A stretch of 28,930 nt of DNA from Minisyncoccota bacterium (GTDB taxonomy: Bacteria > Patescibacteriota > Minisyncoccia > Minisyncoccales > GCA-002788555), in contig JAQVET010000001.1 in NCBI GenBank assembly GCA_028697615.1, positions 1 to 28,930 of the forward strand, given 5' to 3'. Numbering within the stretch: position 1 is the stretch's first letter; each line of letters starts with the position of its first letter. A model generated the notes under the pieces. It was not told the DNA's origin and did not search any database. It was given only the letters and a program-made list of their open reading frames with translations. This document shows positions 1 to 8,961 of this stretch, one piece after another. A program made the position numbers and the translations under genes.

Positions 1-70
1 TGCGGGGCCTGGATTCGAACCAAGATTACCGCGTCCAGAGCGCGATGTCCTACCATTAGACGACCCCGCA
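1..70 (-). tRNA. tRNA-Gln (anticodon CUG), clipped at the window edge after position 72
   Basis: Reverse complement folds as a cloverleaf: acceptor TGCGGGG/CCCCGCA with the U1-A72 pair typical of bacterial tRNA-Gln, D-loop AATGGT, anticodon stem-loop TCGCG-CTCTGGA-CGCGG, T-loop TTCGAAT. The discriminator base and CCA would lie outside the window. Confidence 0.95.
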
Positions 71-90
71 ATTTAAACAATTTACTTAGC

Positions 91-137
91 AATCAAGATT
101 AGCACGTCCAGAATGAATATTCTACCACTAGAAAACC
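91..137 (-). pseudogene. Decayed partial copy of the adjacent tRNA-Gln (D-arm, anticodon loop, variable region)
   Basis: Manual alignment of 91-137 to tRNA positions 18-65 gives 36/48 identical columns with 1 gap. It keeps TCTGGACG around the anticodon and TGGTAG in the D-loop but has lost the TTCGAA T-loop and the 3' acceptor strand. Confidence 0.7.
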
Positions 138-236
138 AGCGAAATATAATTAAATAACATTTTAAAATAAAATTAATAAAAAATCCACCTTCGAATTAAG
201 AAAGATTATTTAATAAATGAATTAAAATAGATAAAA

Positions 237-1433
237 TTACATTGAACCAGCAAGATTGTACATTGGTAATAGAACAGCTGCTGCTATAAACCCAACAACA
301 ACTCCAATTATTACAATTAAAGTTGGCTCTAAAAGACTCATTAAACTACCAACTGCAAGATCAACTTGGTTAGAATAAAATCGAGAAATATCTAAAAGAA
401 TATCACCAAGGTTACCACTTTTCTCTCCAGCAGATACAATTTGAATAAAAACAGGGGAAATAATTTTAAAACGAGACAAATTTGATGAAAGTGTTTCTCC
501 CCTTCTTACGCCTTTTGCTGACTCAACAAGGGCATGGTGAAATTCACTATTAGTAATTACTTCAGCAGTAGTGCTTATGGATTGGGCGATGGGAACACCG
601 CCCTGAATAAGTGTCCCTAAATTTTCAGCAATTCTTGCTAAATTAATAGTTGTCAGTAATTCTCCAATAACTGGAATTTTAAGTTCGATCCTATCTTTTT
701 TTTCTTTACCCTGTGGCGTCTTAATATATCGCCATAAACCTACTACAACACCAACCAATATTAAAAGTACAATAATGCCATATTTCATCAAAAAATTACT
801 AATACCCAAAATAATCCTAGTGGGCAAAGGAAGTTGTGCATCAAATTCATCGAAAACTCCTTCAATTTTTGGCATAACAAAAATCAACATTATTAAAATA
901 ACTATGAAACATAAAACCAAAACAGCAATAGGATAATAAAATGCACCCTTAATTTTTGAAGTTAATATATAATTTCTTTCGACATGATCTGCTAAATGTT
1001 CAAGAATTGCCGCTAAACGTCCTGTTATCTCTCCTGTCTCTATAACTTTTATAATATAAATTGAAAAAATATTTTTAAATTTAGAAAAGGCTTTTGAAAG
1101 TAACATTCCTCCATCTACATCAAAAATAATTAAAGAGAGAATATCTCGAAAATCTTTATCTTCCACTTGGTCCTTCACAGCAGTTAATGCTTCTACCAAA
1201 GACACTCCTGATTTTACTAAAATAGAAAGCTGCCTAAAGAAAAAAACTAAATCTTGGGCCTTAAGTTTTTTATTTTTAAGTTTTTCTTCATCAATTACTG
1301 TTTCTTTTTCTAAATAGGTAACAATTAAATTTCTTGACTGCAAGATTTCTAAAGCCGAATCCTCGCTATTGGCTTCTACGCTCCCCTCTGTAACCTTTCC
1401 TGTTTTTGTTAATGCTCTATATTTAAACCTCAT
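237..1433 (-). CDS. pilC: Type IV pilus platform protein PilC (GspF family)
   Basis: Two GspF-type repeats (FFRQLSILVKSGV...GEITGRL and LGTLIQGGVPI...GEKSGNL), three TM segments, C-terminal LEP..AVLLPMY; follows pilB-pilT. Confidence 0.93.
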   Translation of the reverse strand: MRFKYRALTKTGKVTEGSVEANSEDSALEILQSRNLIVTYLEKETVIDEEKLKNKKLKAQDLVFFFRQLSILVKSGVSLVEALTAVKDQVEDKDFRDILSLIIFDVDGGMLLSKAFSKFKNIFSIYIIKVIETGEITGRLAAILEHLADHVERNYILTSKIKGAFYYPIAVLVLCFIVILIMLIFVMPKIEGVFDEFDAQLPLPTRIILGISNFLMKYGIIVLLILVGVVVGLWRYIKTPQGKEKKDRIELKIPVIGELLTTINLARIAENLGTLIQGGVPIAQSISTTAEVITNSEFHHALVESAKGVRRGETLSSNLSRFKIISPVFIQIVSAGEKSGNLGDILLDISRFYSNQVDLAVGSLMSLLEPTLIVIIGVVVGFIAAAVLLPMYNLAGSM

Positions 1434-1451
1434 TTTATTTATAATTTAAAA

Positions 1452-2522
1452 TTAAATTCTCTTAAGAATTAATTTAAGCTCTCTTGGATTTAAAGAATAT
1501 TTAGATGCTTCTTCAAAAGTAATTTCCCTTTGATTAATTAATTCGGCTAAATAATGATTTAAAGATATCATTCCCTTTTCACGACTTGTTGAAATAACAA
1601 CATCTATTTCAAAAGTTCTTTTTTCTCTTATTAAATTAGAAATTGCTGGAGATGCAACCATAATTTCACAAGCTGGTATCCTGCCTCCCATAATTCTTTG
1701 AAGCAATCTTTGAGAAATAACCCCGGCAAAACTTGAAGCAAGTTGAATACGAATTTGATCTTGTTGATCTGGTGGGAAACTATCAATAATTCTGTCAATA
1801 GTTTGAGAGGCAGAATTTGTATGTAATGTTGAAAAAACTAAATGACCGGTTTCGGCAGCAGTCAAAGCAGCTGACATAGTCTCTCTATCTCTCATATCTC
1901 CAATAAGTAAAACATCAGGATCTTGACGAAGCGCAGCACGCAAAGCAGTTGGATAATCTTTTGTATCAAACCCTAATTCCCTTTGATTAATAATTGATTT
2001 ATCTTGCTGAAAAATATACTCAATAGGATCTTCAATTGTTATTATATGTTCTTTTCGTTTATGATTAATTTCATCAACCATTGCTGCTAAGGTTGTTGAC
2101 TTTCCATGTCCAGCAGGTCCACATACTAAAATAAGACCTTGCTGCATCGAAGTGAAAGTATGTAGGATAGAAGGCAAATGCAACTCTTCTATTGTTCTAA
2201 TTTGAGGAGGAATAATTCTTATAGCAAAACTTACAAATCCTCTTTGGTAAAAAGCGTTTATTCGCATCCTAATTTTACCTTGAAAATCATAGGCAAAATC
2301 CATATCCTTCTCTATATAAAAAATCTCTTGTTGCTCTTTTTTCATTAAAAGAGGACAAAGACTACTTGCATCTTCTGGGGTAAGAACTTTCTCCCTTTCA
2401 ATTTCTTCAAGTTCCCCATCAATTCTTAATATTGGGGGTCTACCTACCGAAAAATGAACATCTGAAGCACCTCTGGTAAGAGCTTCTGAAAAAATTTTTT
2501 CTAAATATTCTTGATTAATCAT
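1452..2522 (-). CDS. pilT: Type IV pilus retraction ATPase PilT
   Basis: ASDVHF, Walker A GPAGHGKST, Asp box TIEDPIE, His box GHLVFSTLHT, AIRNLIRE-like AISNLIRE. Walker B reads DPDVLLIGDMRD (see findings). Confidence 0.93.
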   Translation of the reverse strand: MINQEYLEKIFSEALTRGASDVHFSVGRPPILRIDGELEEIEREKVLTPEDASSLCPLLMKKEQQEIFYIEKDMDFAYDFQGKIRMRINAFYQRGFVSFAIRIIPPQIRTIEELHLPSILHTFTSMQQGLILVCGPAGHGKSTTLAAMVDEINHKRKEHIITIEDPIEYIFQQDKSIINQRELGFDTKDYPTALRAALRQDPDVLLIGDMRDRETMSAALTAAETGHLVFSTLHTNSASQTIDRIIDSFPPDQQDQIRIQLASSFAGVISQRLLQRIMGGRIPACEIMVASPAISNLIREKRTFEIDVVISTSREKGMISLNHYLAELINQREITFEEASKYSLNPRELKLILKRI

Positions 2523-2542
2523 AATATTTAAATATTATAAAA

Positions 2543-4264
2543 TTAGAAAGAAACCTCTACCTCTTTCATCGCTTCCTCAAAAGAAATAAGACCGTCAAGA
2601 ATTTTTAAAATAGCATCTTGCTTTAAAGTAATCATTCCTTGATGTTTTGCTTCTTTAATAAACTCATTTGGAGAAAAATTATTTAAAATCATCTCTTCCA
2701 ACTGTGGAGTCATTTTTAAAACCTCAAAAAGCCCAATTCGGCCCTTAGTTCCTCGTCCAGCACACTTTGAACAACCAATTGGTTTATAGATATAAATATC
2801 TTTTGGTAAATTAACTTTCTTTTTTTCACTGGGCGGCAGCGATTCAATCTCTTCTTTAATAATTTTTTCTTGAAGTGGATTGGCTTTAATTTTTTCTTTA
2901 CAATGCGGACAAAGACGCCTTACAAGCCTTTGGGCTACAGAAAGACGAAGTGTTGAAGGTATAAGATAATCTTCAACGCCCAAATCCCTTAACCTAACAA
3001 GGGTACCTATAGCATTATTAGTATGCAAGGTACTTAAAACCAAATGACCAGTCAAAGCAGCATGCGTAACTAAATTCGCTGTTTCCTTATCTCTAATTTC
3101 CCCAATCATTATAATATCAGGATCCTGTCTAACTATCTCTCGAAGACCTGAGGAAAAATCATAACCGATTTCTGGTTTAACCTGAGATTGATTAATACCA
3201 TCAATTAAATATTCCACCGGATCTTCTAAAGAAACTATATTTACATTTTCCTTATTTAATCCTTTTAAAATTGCATACTGAGTAGTTGTTTTTCCAGAAC
3301 CTGTAGGTCCAGAAAATATTAAAAGACCAAATGGCAGATTTGATGTTTGTTCAATTAATTTTCTATTCCTTTCATTAAGACCGAGTTCTTCTAAACTAAC
3401 AATTGCTTTTTCAGGATCAAGTACTCTAATAGCAACCTTTTCTCCCAAACTTGTGGGAAATGTACCTACTCTAAAATCAATTCGTCTACCAAGAATATTT
3501 GCAAAAAATCTACCATCCTGTGGAACCCTTGTTTCATCAATTCTTAAATTTGCCAAAATTTTGAATCTCGAAACAATCGGGGCTAAAATTTCTTTTTCTA
3601 AAAACAAAGATGGATACAAAATACCATCCACCCTAAATCTCACTCTTAATTTACTACCAAATGGTTCGATATGAATATCTGAAGCACCTCCAGTAACTGC
3701 GTGTCTAATTATTACAGCAACAATTTTTGATATTGGTGCTTCGGCAATTATTTCTTCCTCTATTTCTTTAGTTGCTTCCTTTATAGTTTCGGACTCTTTT
3801 TCTAGTTCAGATAATACATTTTCAACCTCACCTTTAATTTCACCGTATTGTTGAAAAATTGAATTAAAATCCGATAGTGTTATAAGAAAAGTCTTAACTT
3901 TAATATGATGTTGCCTGGCAATAAAATTTAAAACAGAATTAACAGTAAAATCTTCTGGATTAACAATACCCACTTCTAATCTATCTTTAGTCCTTGCAAT
4001 GGGAACTATATAATAACTTTTTGCTATTTCTTCTGAAATCTCGTCAATAACACCAGGAGCAATTTCTTCTTTGCTAATATGGCGAAGTGGAATATTAAAA
4101 AATTCACTTTTTGCTCTAAAAAAAACTTCTTCTTCTATATAATCTTGAAGTAATACTTCTTGTAAAGATATTAAACTTTCTTTACTTTTCTTTTGGGCTT
4201 CAATTAATTTCTCTTTAGAAATAATATTTTTTTCTACTAAATAGTTATAAAAATTAGAAGGCAT
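2543..4264 (-). CDS. pilB: Type IV pilus assembly ATPase PilB (GspE/PulE family)
   Basis: GASDIHIEP, RVPQDGR, Walker A GPTGSGKTT, EDPVEY, Walker B DPDIIMIGEIRD, GHLVLSTLHTN, zinc motif CPHC...CSKC, GRIGLFE. Confidence 0.93.
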   Translation of the reverse strand: MPSNFYNYLVEKNIISKEKLIEAQKKSKESLISLQEVLLQDYIEEEVFFRAKSEFFNIPLRHISKEEIAPGVIDEISEEIAKSYYIVPIARTKDRLEVGIVNPEDFTVNSVLNFIARQHHIKVKTFLITLSDFNSIFQQYGEIKGEVENVLSELEKESETIKEATKEIEEEIIAEAPISKIVAVIIRHAVTGGASDIHIEPFGSKLRVRFRVDGILYPSLFLEKEILAPIVSRFKILANLRIDETRVPQDGRFFANILGRRIDFRVGTFPTSLGEKVAIRVLDPEKAIVSLEELGLNERNRKLIEQTSNLPFGLLIFSGPTGSGKTTTQYAILKGLNKENVNIVSLEDPVEYLIDGINQSQVKPEIGYDFSSGLREIVRQDPDIIMIGEIRDKETANLVTHAALTGHLVLSTLHTNNAIGTLVRLRDLGVEDYLIPSTLRLSVAQRLVRRLCPHCKEKIKANPLQEKIIKEEIESLPPSEKKKVNLPKDIYIYKPIGCSKCAGRGTKGRIGLFEVLKMTPQLEEMILNNFSPNEFIKEAKHQGMITLKQDAILKILDGLISFEEAMKEVEVSF

Positions 4265-4319
4265 AAAATAAATCTATTTAAATTAAAATGATACACAAAG
4301 AGATAATTTAAAAATTATT

Positions 4320-4658
4320 TTACTCTGTTGGTAGAAATGGGTTGGATTTCCCAATCTGAACTCTTGATATGTCTATCTCTTCAGGACTATAAGGTACAAC
4401 AGTCATACCCTCAACTTTCAGTTCCTTAAGAACTTCTATATTTTTCACTAAAGGAAGGGCTTTTTTCATTTCATTTATTTCTGCTTGAGTTAGGCCCTCA
4501 GTGATTTTAGATTGAATTTCTTCCTGAGATGGCGTTTGGAAAACAAAAAAAGCAATTGGACCAACTACTATTAAAAATAAAATCAAATAAACAAAAAATA
4601 TGGGAAAACCCTTTTTTTCTTTTTTTTCTGATGGCGTTGTAGAAAAAGCAACTTTCAT
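4320..4658 (-). CDS. Small single-TM protein in the PilP position of the pilMNO cluster
   Basis: One hydrophobic segment (FPIFFVYLILFLIVVGPIAFFVF) and a C-terminal NPF motif. It lies 6 bp downstream of pilO. The function is inferred from position only. Confidence 0.5.
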   Translation of the reverse strand: MKVAFSTTPSEKKEKKGFPIFFVYLILFLIVVGPIAFFVFQTPSQEEIQSKITEGLTQAEINEMKKALPLVKNIEVLKELKVEGMTVVPYSPEEIDISRVQIGKSNPFLPTE

Positions 4659-4664
4659 AATATT

Positions 4665-5399
4665 CTAAAATGTAGAAGAAGGACTTGGTGAAGGACTCGA
4701 AGTAGCTTCACCGCTCAACTCTTCAGTTTTTTCAGGTTGACCTTTGTAAAATGTTTTTAAAGAAATATTAACCGTATAAAGAACTTCACCTTTTTCACTT
4801 TTTTGAGGGGATTGAAAATTTACCGAATCAACTTCAAATAAACGTAAATTTCTATATAGTGCATTTAAAAAATTTTTAATAGAAAGGTAATTACCAACAA
4901 TAGAAATATTTATAGGAATAGAGTTGATAGTGGTTCCAGTAGTTCCCTCTACATTTCCCCTTATTTCTTGTGTTGCTTGAGTTTGTTGAGTTTGTTGTGT
5001 TTCTTGAGTTTCTTGAGTTTGTTGAATATTTTTTGCACCAAATATTACTTGGGTGGGGGTTCCGAAATTTAATGACTGAAGCGAAGCACCATTACTAAAA
5101 GCCAAAGCATCAAGTTGAACTAGTATAATAGATTGATCGATATTATCTGGCAAAATTTTATTTAATTTTTTAAAAGTACTCTCTTCGTATTTTTTATACT
5201 CCTTAGTTAAATCAGCTAAATCACCAATTATCTTTTTTTCTTCATTAATACTATATTGAAGTTTAAGATAATTAATTTTTTCCTCTTGTATTGATTTAAT
5301 AAGTGGTATAATACCAAAATATGTAATAAGACCAACTAAAACAACTCCCAAAAATACAGTAAGCGCTCTTTGATTTTTTAATTCTGTTGTTGATTCCAT
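4665..5399 (-). CDS. pilO: Type IV pilus alignment protein PilO
   Basis: N-terminal TM, coiled coil, KILP...IILVQLDALA..NG..LQSL, ISIVGNY..IKNFL..L...LRLFEVDSV pattern; follows pilM-pilN. Confidence 0.75.
   Translation of the reverse strand: MESTTELKNQRALTVFLGVVLVGLITYFGIIPLIKSIQEEKINYLKLQYSINEEKKIIGDLADLTKEYKKYEESTFKKLNKILPDNIDQSIILVQLDALAFSNGASLQSLNFGTPTQVIFGAKNIQQTQETQETQQTQQTQATQEIRGNVEGTTGTTINSIPINISIVGNYLSIKNFLNALYRNLRLFEVDSVNFQSPQKSEKGEVLYTVNISLKTFYKGQPEKTEELSGEATSSPSPSPSSTF
4965..5024 (-). repeat. 9-bp tandem repeat inside pilO encoding QQ-TQE-TQE-TQQ-TQQ-TQA-TQE
   Basis: Coding-strand units AC(T/A)-CAA-(GAA/CAA/GCA), six full units plus a partial one, in frame. Confidence 0.9.
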
Positions 5400-5413
5400 A
5401 CTAATTTATTAAA

Positions 5414-5962
5414 TTATTTTGCTTTAAAAAGACTGGGATCAAGAGTTAATTTTACATTAAAATTAACTATTCCCTGGCCAACATTTAAATTTGTAATTTC
5501 TGAATTTTTAATTTCTGCAGCTCTATTAAATACCTCTGATTGAATGGTAAAGGCCATGGTATCATCTGTAATTCCAGATAAATTAAGAGTCTTAGACGAT
5601 ACATCAAGCTCAAATTTTTGAAAGACCACTTTTGGATGTGTACTTGACTCAATATAACTAAACACAGGAACTACTGTTTTATGATCTTGTAAAAGAGAGT
5701 TCACCTCAAAAAGTTTTCTAAAATCTTTAACCATCCTTCTTTCAAAATCAATATCTCTTTCTTTTCTTATATTAGCAAGTTCCTCTTCTGCAAGTTTTGC
5801 ATTGTTTTGAAGATATCCTTTATATAAAAAAAGAAGCAGTGTAATAATAAAAATAAAAAGCACAAAACCAAAAACGTTCCAAAAAAATTTATCGAATGTA
5901 AAATTAAATCCTTTTTTGGTCTCTTTAGTTTTTTGTGTTGGCGATAAACTTATCTGTGCCAT
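5414..5962 (-). CDS. pilN: Type IV pilus alignment protein PilN
   Basis: N-terminal TM, coiled coil, then a ferredoxin-like beta pattern (LNLSG...VNFNVKLTL). It lies between pilM and pilO. Confidence 0.7.
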   Translation of the reverse strand: MAQISLSPTQKTKETKKGFNFTFDKFFWNVFGFVLFIFIITLLLFLYKGYLQNNAKLAEEELANIRKERDIDFERRMVKDFRKLFEVNSLLQDHKTVVPVFSYIESSTHPKVVFQKFELDVSSKTLNLSGITDDTMAFTIQSEVFNRAAEIKNSEITNLNVGQGIVNFNVKLTLDPSLFKAK

Positions 5963-6020
5963 AAAATTATACTTATTTATTTATTTTATTGGTTTTTTTA
6001 AAAAAAATCAAGTTTATTTA

Positions 6021-7088
6021 TTAAACTTCAAAATCTCCCAGGGCAAGTCCACAAGCAATTGAAAAATTAGGAGCAATTTCTTGAATTTTATCTTTCAAAA
6101 TCTGAGGATATGAAATTTTAAAAAATGGGTTTCCTTTTTCAACTGGAATTTTAAATCTTTCTGAAAAATATTCTAAAATGCCTGGTATGCGAGATGATCC
6201 TCCAGTTAAAATAATTTTTTCAAATTCTTTATCAGGATTCTTACCAAGATAAATACTAATGGCACTTTCAACAAAAAAAGACAGTTTATCAAATAATGGT
6301 AAAATTGCTTCCCTTACTTGATTCTGTGGTTTTTTAAGAAGACCATTCTCCATCTTTAATCTCTCAGCACGAGCCTCATCCACCTTTAATCTTTCAGTAA
6401 TCGCTTTAGTAAAATGAAAACCAGAAAATTCCAAAAAACTTGAAAGACGAATAAAACCGTTATCAACTATAGTAACAGAACTTGTTCTTGCTCCTATATC
6501 AATAATTAAATTTAAATTTTTACTACTGCAAAGCGATCGTACTAAAGAAAAATTTTCAACCTCAAGGAGCCCTAATTCAAATCCAACATCTGAAGCAAGC
6601 CTGCTATATCTTTCAATTATATCTTTTGGCGCAGCAACAAGAAGAACTTCAACTTTATCTTTACTATTTTGTTGAATACTATTATTATTCTCTCTTATCA
6701 CAACCCAATTTAAAAATACTTCTGAAAGAGGAACAGGAATATATTTATTTGCTTGAAATTCAATTGCTCGAGCAATATCCTCATCAGACATTTGTGGCAT
6801 TTCAATAAGTGTCAAAAAACTTGAAAAAACAGGGATAGAAAAATTTGCTCTCCTGCTTTCTATACCGCTGGCAGAAATTATATTTTTTAAAATAGATGTT
6901 AATTCAGTCTCTGAAAATGGTGTCATACTTGAACGAAATGTAATAAGATCTTTTAAATCATCTTCTGGTTTATACTCAGCATAATTTTTAAGATGAATAA
7001 ATTCTCCTTCCTTTTGAAGTTCAACTAATTTTATTGATGAGGTGCCAATATCTATACCCAAGCTTGTTTGTTTTCCTTTAAAAAACAT
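6021..7088 (-). CDS. pilM: Type IV pilus assembly protein PilM (actin/FtsA-like fold)
   Basis: LGIDIGTSSIKLVEL, A..YIP.P..EV..W, VLLVAAPK, IDIGARTS, IILTGGSS..PG, GNPF, A.GLAL. Confidence 0.92.
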   Translation of the reverse strand: MFFKGKQTSLGIDIGTSSIKLVELQKEGEFIHLKNYAEYKPEDDLKDLITFRSSMTPFSETELTSILKNIISASGIESRRANFSIPVFSSFLTLIEMPQMSDEDIARAIEFQANKYIPVPLSEVFLNWVVIRENNNSIQQNSKDKVEVLLVAAPKDIIERYSRLASDVGFELGLLEVENFSLVRSLCSSKNLNLIIDIGARTSSVTIVDNGFIRLSSFLEFSGFHFTKAITERLKVDEARAERLKMENGLLKKPQNQVREAILPLFDKLSFFVESAISIYLGKNPDKEFEKIILTGGSSRIPGILEYFSERFKIPVEKGNPFFKISYPQILKDKIQEIAPNFSIACGLALGDFEV

Positions 7089-7097
7089 ATATTTATA

Positions 7098-7883
7098 TTA
7101 ATAAAAAATGATCCTATCTTCTTCGCTTCTCAAATCGATAACTTTAAAATTACCCGGCTTAATAACTTCTTTTTCAAGAACAAAAGATAAATTTAAAACT
7201 TCATTTTCAATATTTTTTTTTGAAAAATAAATTATTGATCCATCTCTAAGATGTGCGACAATATCATCAAAATTTAATTCGAAATAAGATAATCCCAATT
7301 TGTTTTTTTCTAAAATATCTAAAATTAAATTGACATCTTTTAATGTTGACTCATCTAAAAATTTGATTGGTAATTTTAAAGAATTGAGATCAAGTTTTGT
7401 TTTTATTAAAAGAAGTTCTTTACTTCCTTCTTGCGAATTACTTTTTTTATAAAGTATACCAGAATTATCCATTATAAAGCAAGATGCATCACTATTTTGA
7501 TTACAAACCAATGATATCGGCTTTCTTTCTTGAATTTTGATATTAATTTCATTAGGAAAAACAAAACTAGCGCTAATATTTTTAATATCTGGAAAAGATT
7601 TTAAAACTTGATTATTTAAATTTGAAAAAAAATAAAAGAAAATATTTTGATTATTAAATACGCTCTTATAAAAAGTTAAAAAATCCTTATTACTTTTATA
7701 TCCTTCTATTTTAATTTCCTGAATTTGAAAAATTGGTAAATAAAAAAATAAAGATATAGTGCCACAAAATATAAATAGACCGAAAGTTAATTTCCAAAAC
7801 CACTTCTTTTTATATAAAGGATTTTTTCTTTGATAATATCTATAATGTTTTTTTCTATTTTTATAATATCTTCTTGAGGACAT
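7098..7883 (-). CDS. ftsQ: FtsQ/DivIB-type POTRA-domain cell division protein
   Basis: Basic cytoplasmic N-terminus, one TM, POTRA-like FQIQEIKIEG...FP.I..I......P..I.I.IQERKP, C-terminal IDLR. Confidence 0.7.
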   Translation of the reverse strand: MSSRRYYKNRKKHYRYYQRKNPLYKKKWFWKLTFGLFIFCGTISLFFYLPIFQIQEIKIEGYKSNKDFLTFYKSVFNNQNIFFYFFSNLNNQVLKSFPDIKNISASFVFPNEINIKIQERKPISLVCNQNSDASCFIMDNSGILYKKSNSQEGSKELLLIKTKLDLNSLKLPIKFLDESTLKDVNLILDILEKNKLGLSYFELNFDDIVAHLRDGSIIYFSKKNIENEVLNLSFVLEKEVIKPGNFKVIDLRSEEDRIIFY

Positions 7884-7911
7884 AAATATCCCTTATTATA
7901 ATACTATTTAA

Positions 7912-8961
7912 TTAATATCCGTATCTTTTTTTTCTTCTTAGTGTTTCAAATAAAAAACAAGGCCAATATTTTAATGTTAGTGGCATATCCTGTGTTTTTA
8001 AATATTTTTCTTCAAAACCACCAAAACCTTTTTTAAAAAATGTAAATCCTTGCCAGGGATGATTTTTTTGATTTTCAGGTGCAATGCCCCAAAAATTATA
8101 ATATTTTATCCCTCTCTTTTTTGCCTCTTTAATAACTTCCCATTGTAAAAGTTCTGAGGCACAAAGATTAGAATATTTTTTTAAAGAAGCGCCATGGTGA
8201 TAAATAGCAATATCTTGCCAAAAAATAATAATTGCAGATGACACTATTTCACCTTTTGCTATGGCAAAAAATAATACTACTCCATTGTCAACTGAAAAAT
8301 TTTCAAATTCTTTTTTTAAATAATCAATGGGATAAGAAGCAAAATTTTTACGTTTTGTAGTTTGCTGATAAATTTTATAAAATTTATCAATATCTTGAAT
8401 ATTATTTGATTTCTCAATAATAACTCCTTCTCTTTGGGCCCTTTTAATAGAATATCTTGTCCTTTTTGCCATATTTTTTAAAAGTTCTTCTTCTCCCAAA
8501 GAAAGATCCAAAACCCAAGTTTCTTCAGCATTTAAAAATGTAGGCGCATCTCTAAAACCCATTTTTTTAAAAATATCTTTATTTTCTTGATTTCTTTCAA
8601 AAATTGAACCAACCCTAATAAAATCTGCTTTTTCTTGTCTACCCAAATCTTTAATTTTTCTAAAAAGAAAGTTTAAAATATCATACTTTTCATTAAAATT
8701 TAAATTCTCAAAATTTTTAATTGTAGGACCATGGGTAATAGCTAAAAATGTTCCTCTTTTTGCAATTTCTTTAACAATCTGACATGTCCCTACTGTATCG
8801 CCATCTTTAAAAATTCCAAAACGCCAATTTTTCTTTCCTATTTTTTTATGAAACTCACCCCAATTCCATGATTGAAGAAAACTTTTTTTTTCTACATTTT
8901 TAAAAAAATCTTCCCAAATATCTTTTTTATCTATAATATTAAGACTCAATTGGTTTTGCAT
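7912..8961 (-). CDS. FemABX-family (aminoacyl-tRNA-dependent) GNAT transferase
   Basis: FLQSWNWGEF, KRTRYSIKRAQREGV, YHHGAS, LLQWEVIKEAKKRG..YYNFWGI, FKKGFGG. Confidence 0.85.
   Translation of the reverse strand: MQNQLSLNIIDKKDIWEDFFKNVEKKSFLQSWNWGEFHKKIGKKNWRFGIFKDGDTVGTCQIVKEIAKRGTFLAITHGPTIKNFENLNFNEKYDILNFLFRKIKDLGRQEKADFIRVGSIFERNQENKDIFKKMGFRDAPTFLNAEETWVLDLSLGEEELLKNMAKRTRYSIKRAQREGVIIEKSNNIQDIDKFYKIYQQTTKRKNFASYPIDYLKKEFENFSVDNGVVLFFAIAKGEIVSSAIIIFWQDIAIYHHGASLKKYSNLCASELLQWEVIKEAKKRGIKYYNFWGIAPENQKNHPWQGFTFFKKGFGGFEEKYLKTQDMPLTLKYWPCFLFETLRRKKRYGY

Noticed and set aside
3453-3674. Short plus-strand ORFs inside pilB (3453-3674) and pilM (6626-6808)
   Set aside because: They are antisense to well-supported genes, have no recognisable motifs, and are expected shadow ORFs.
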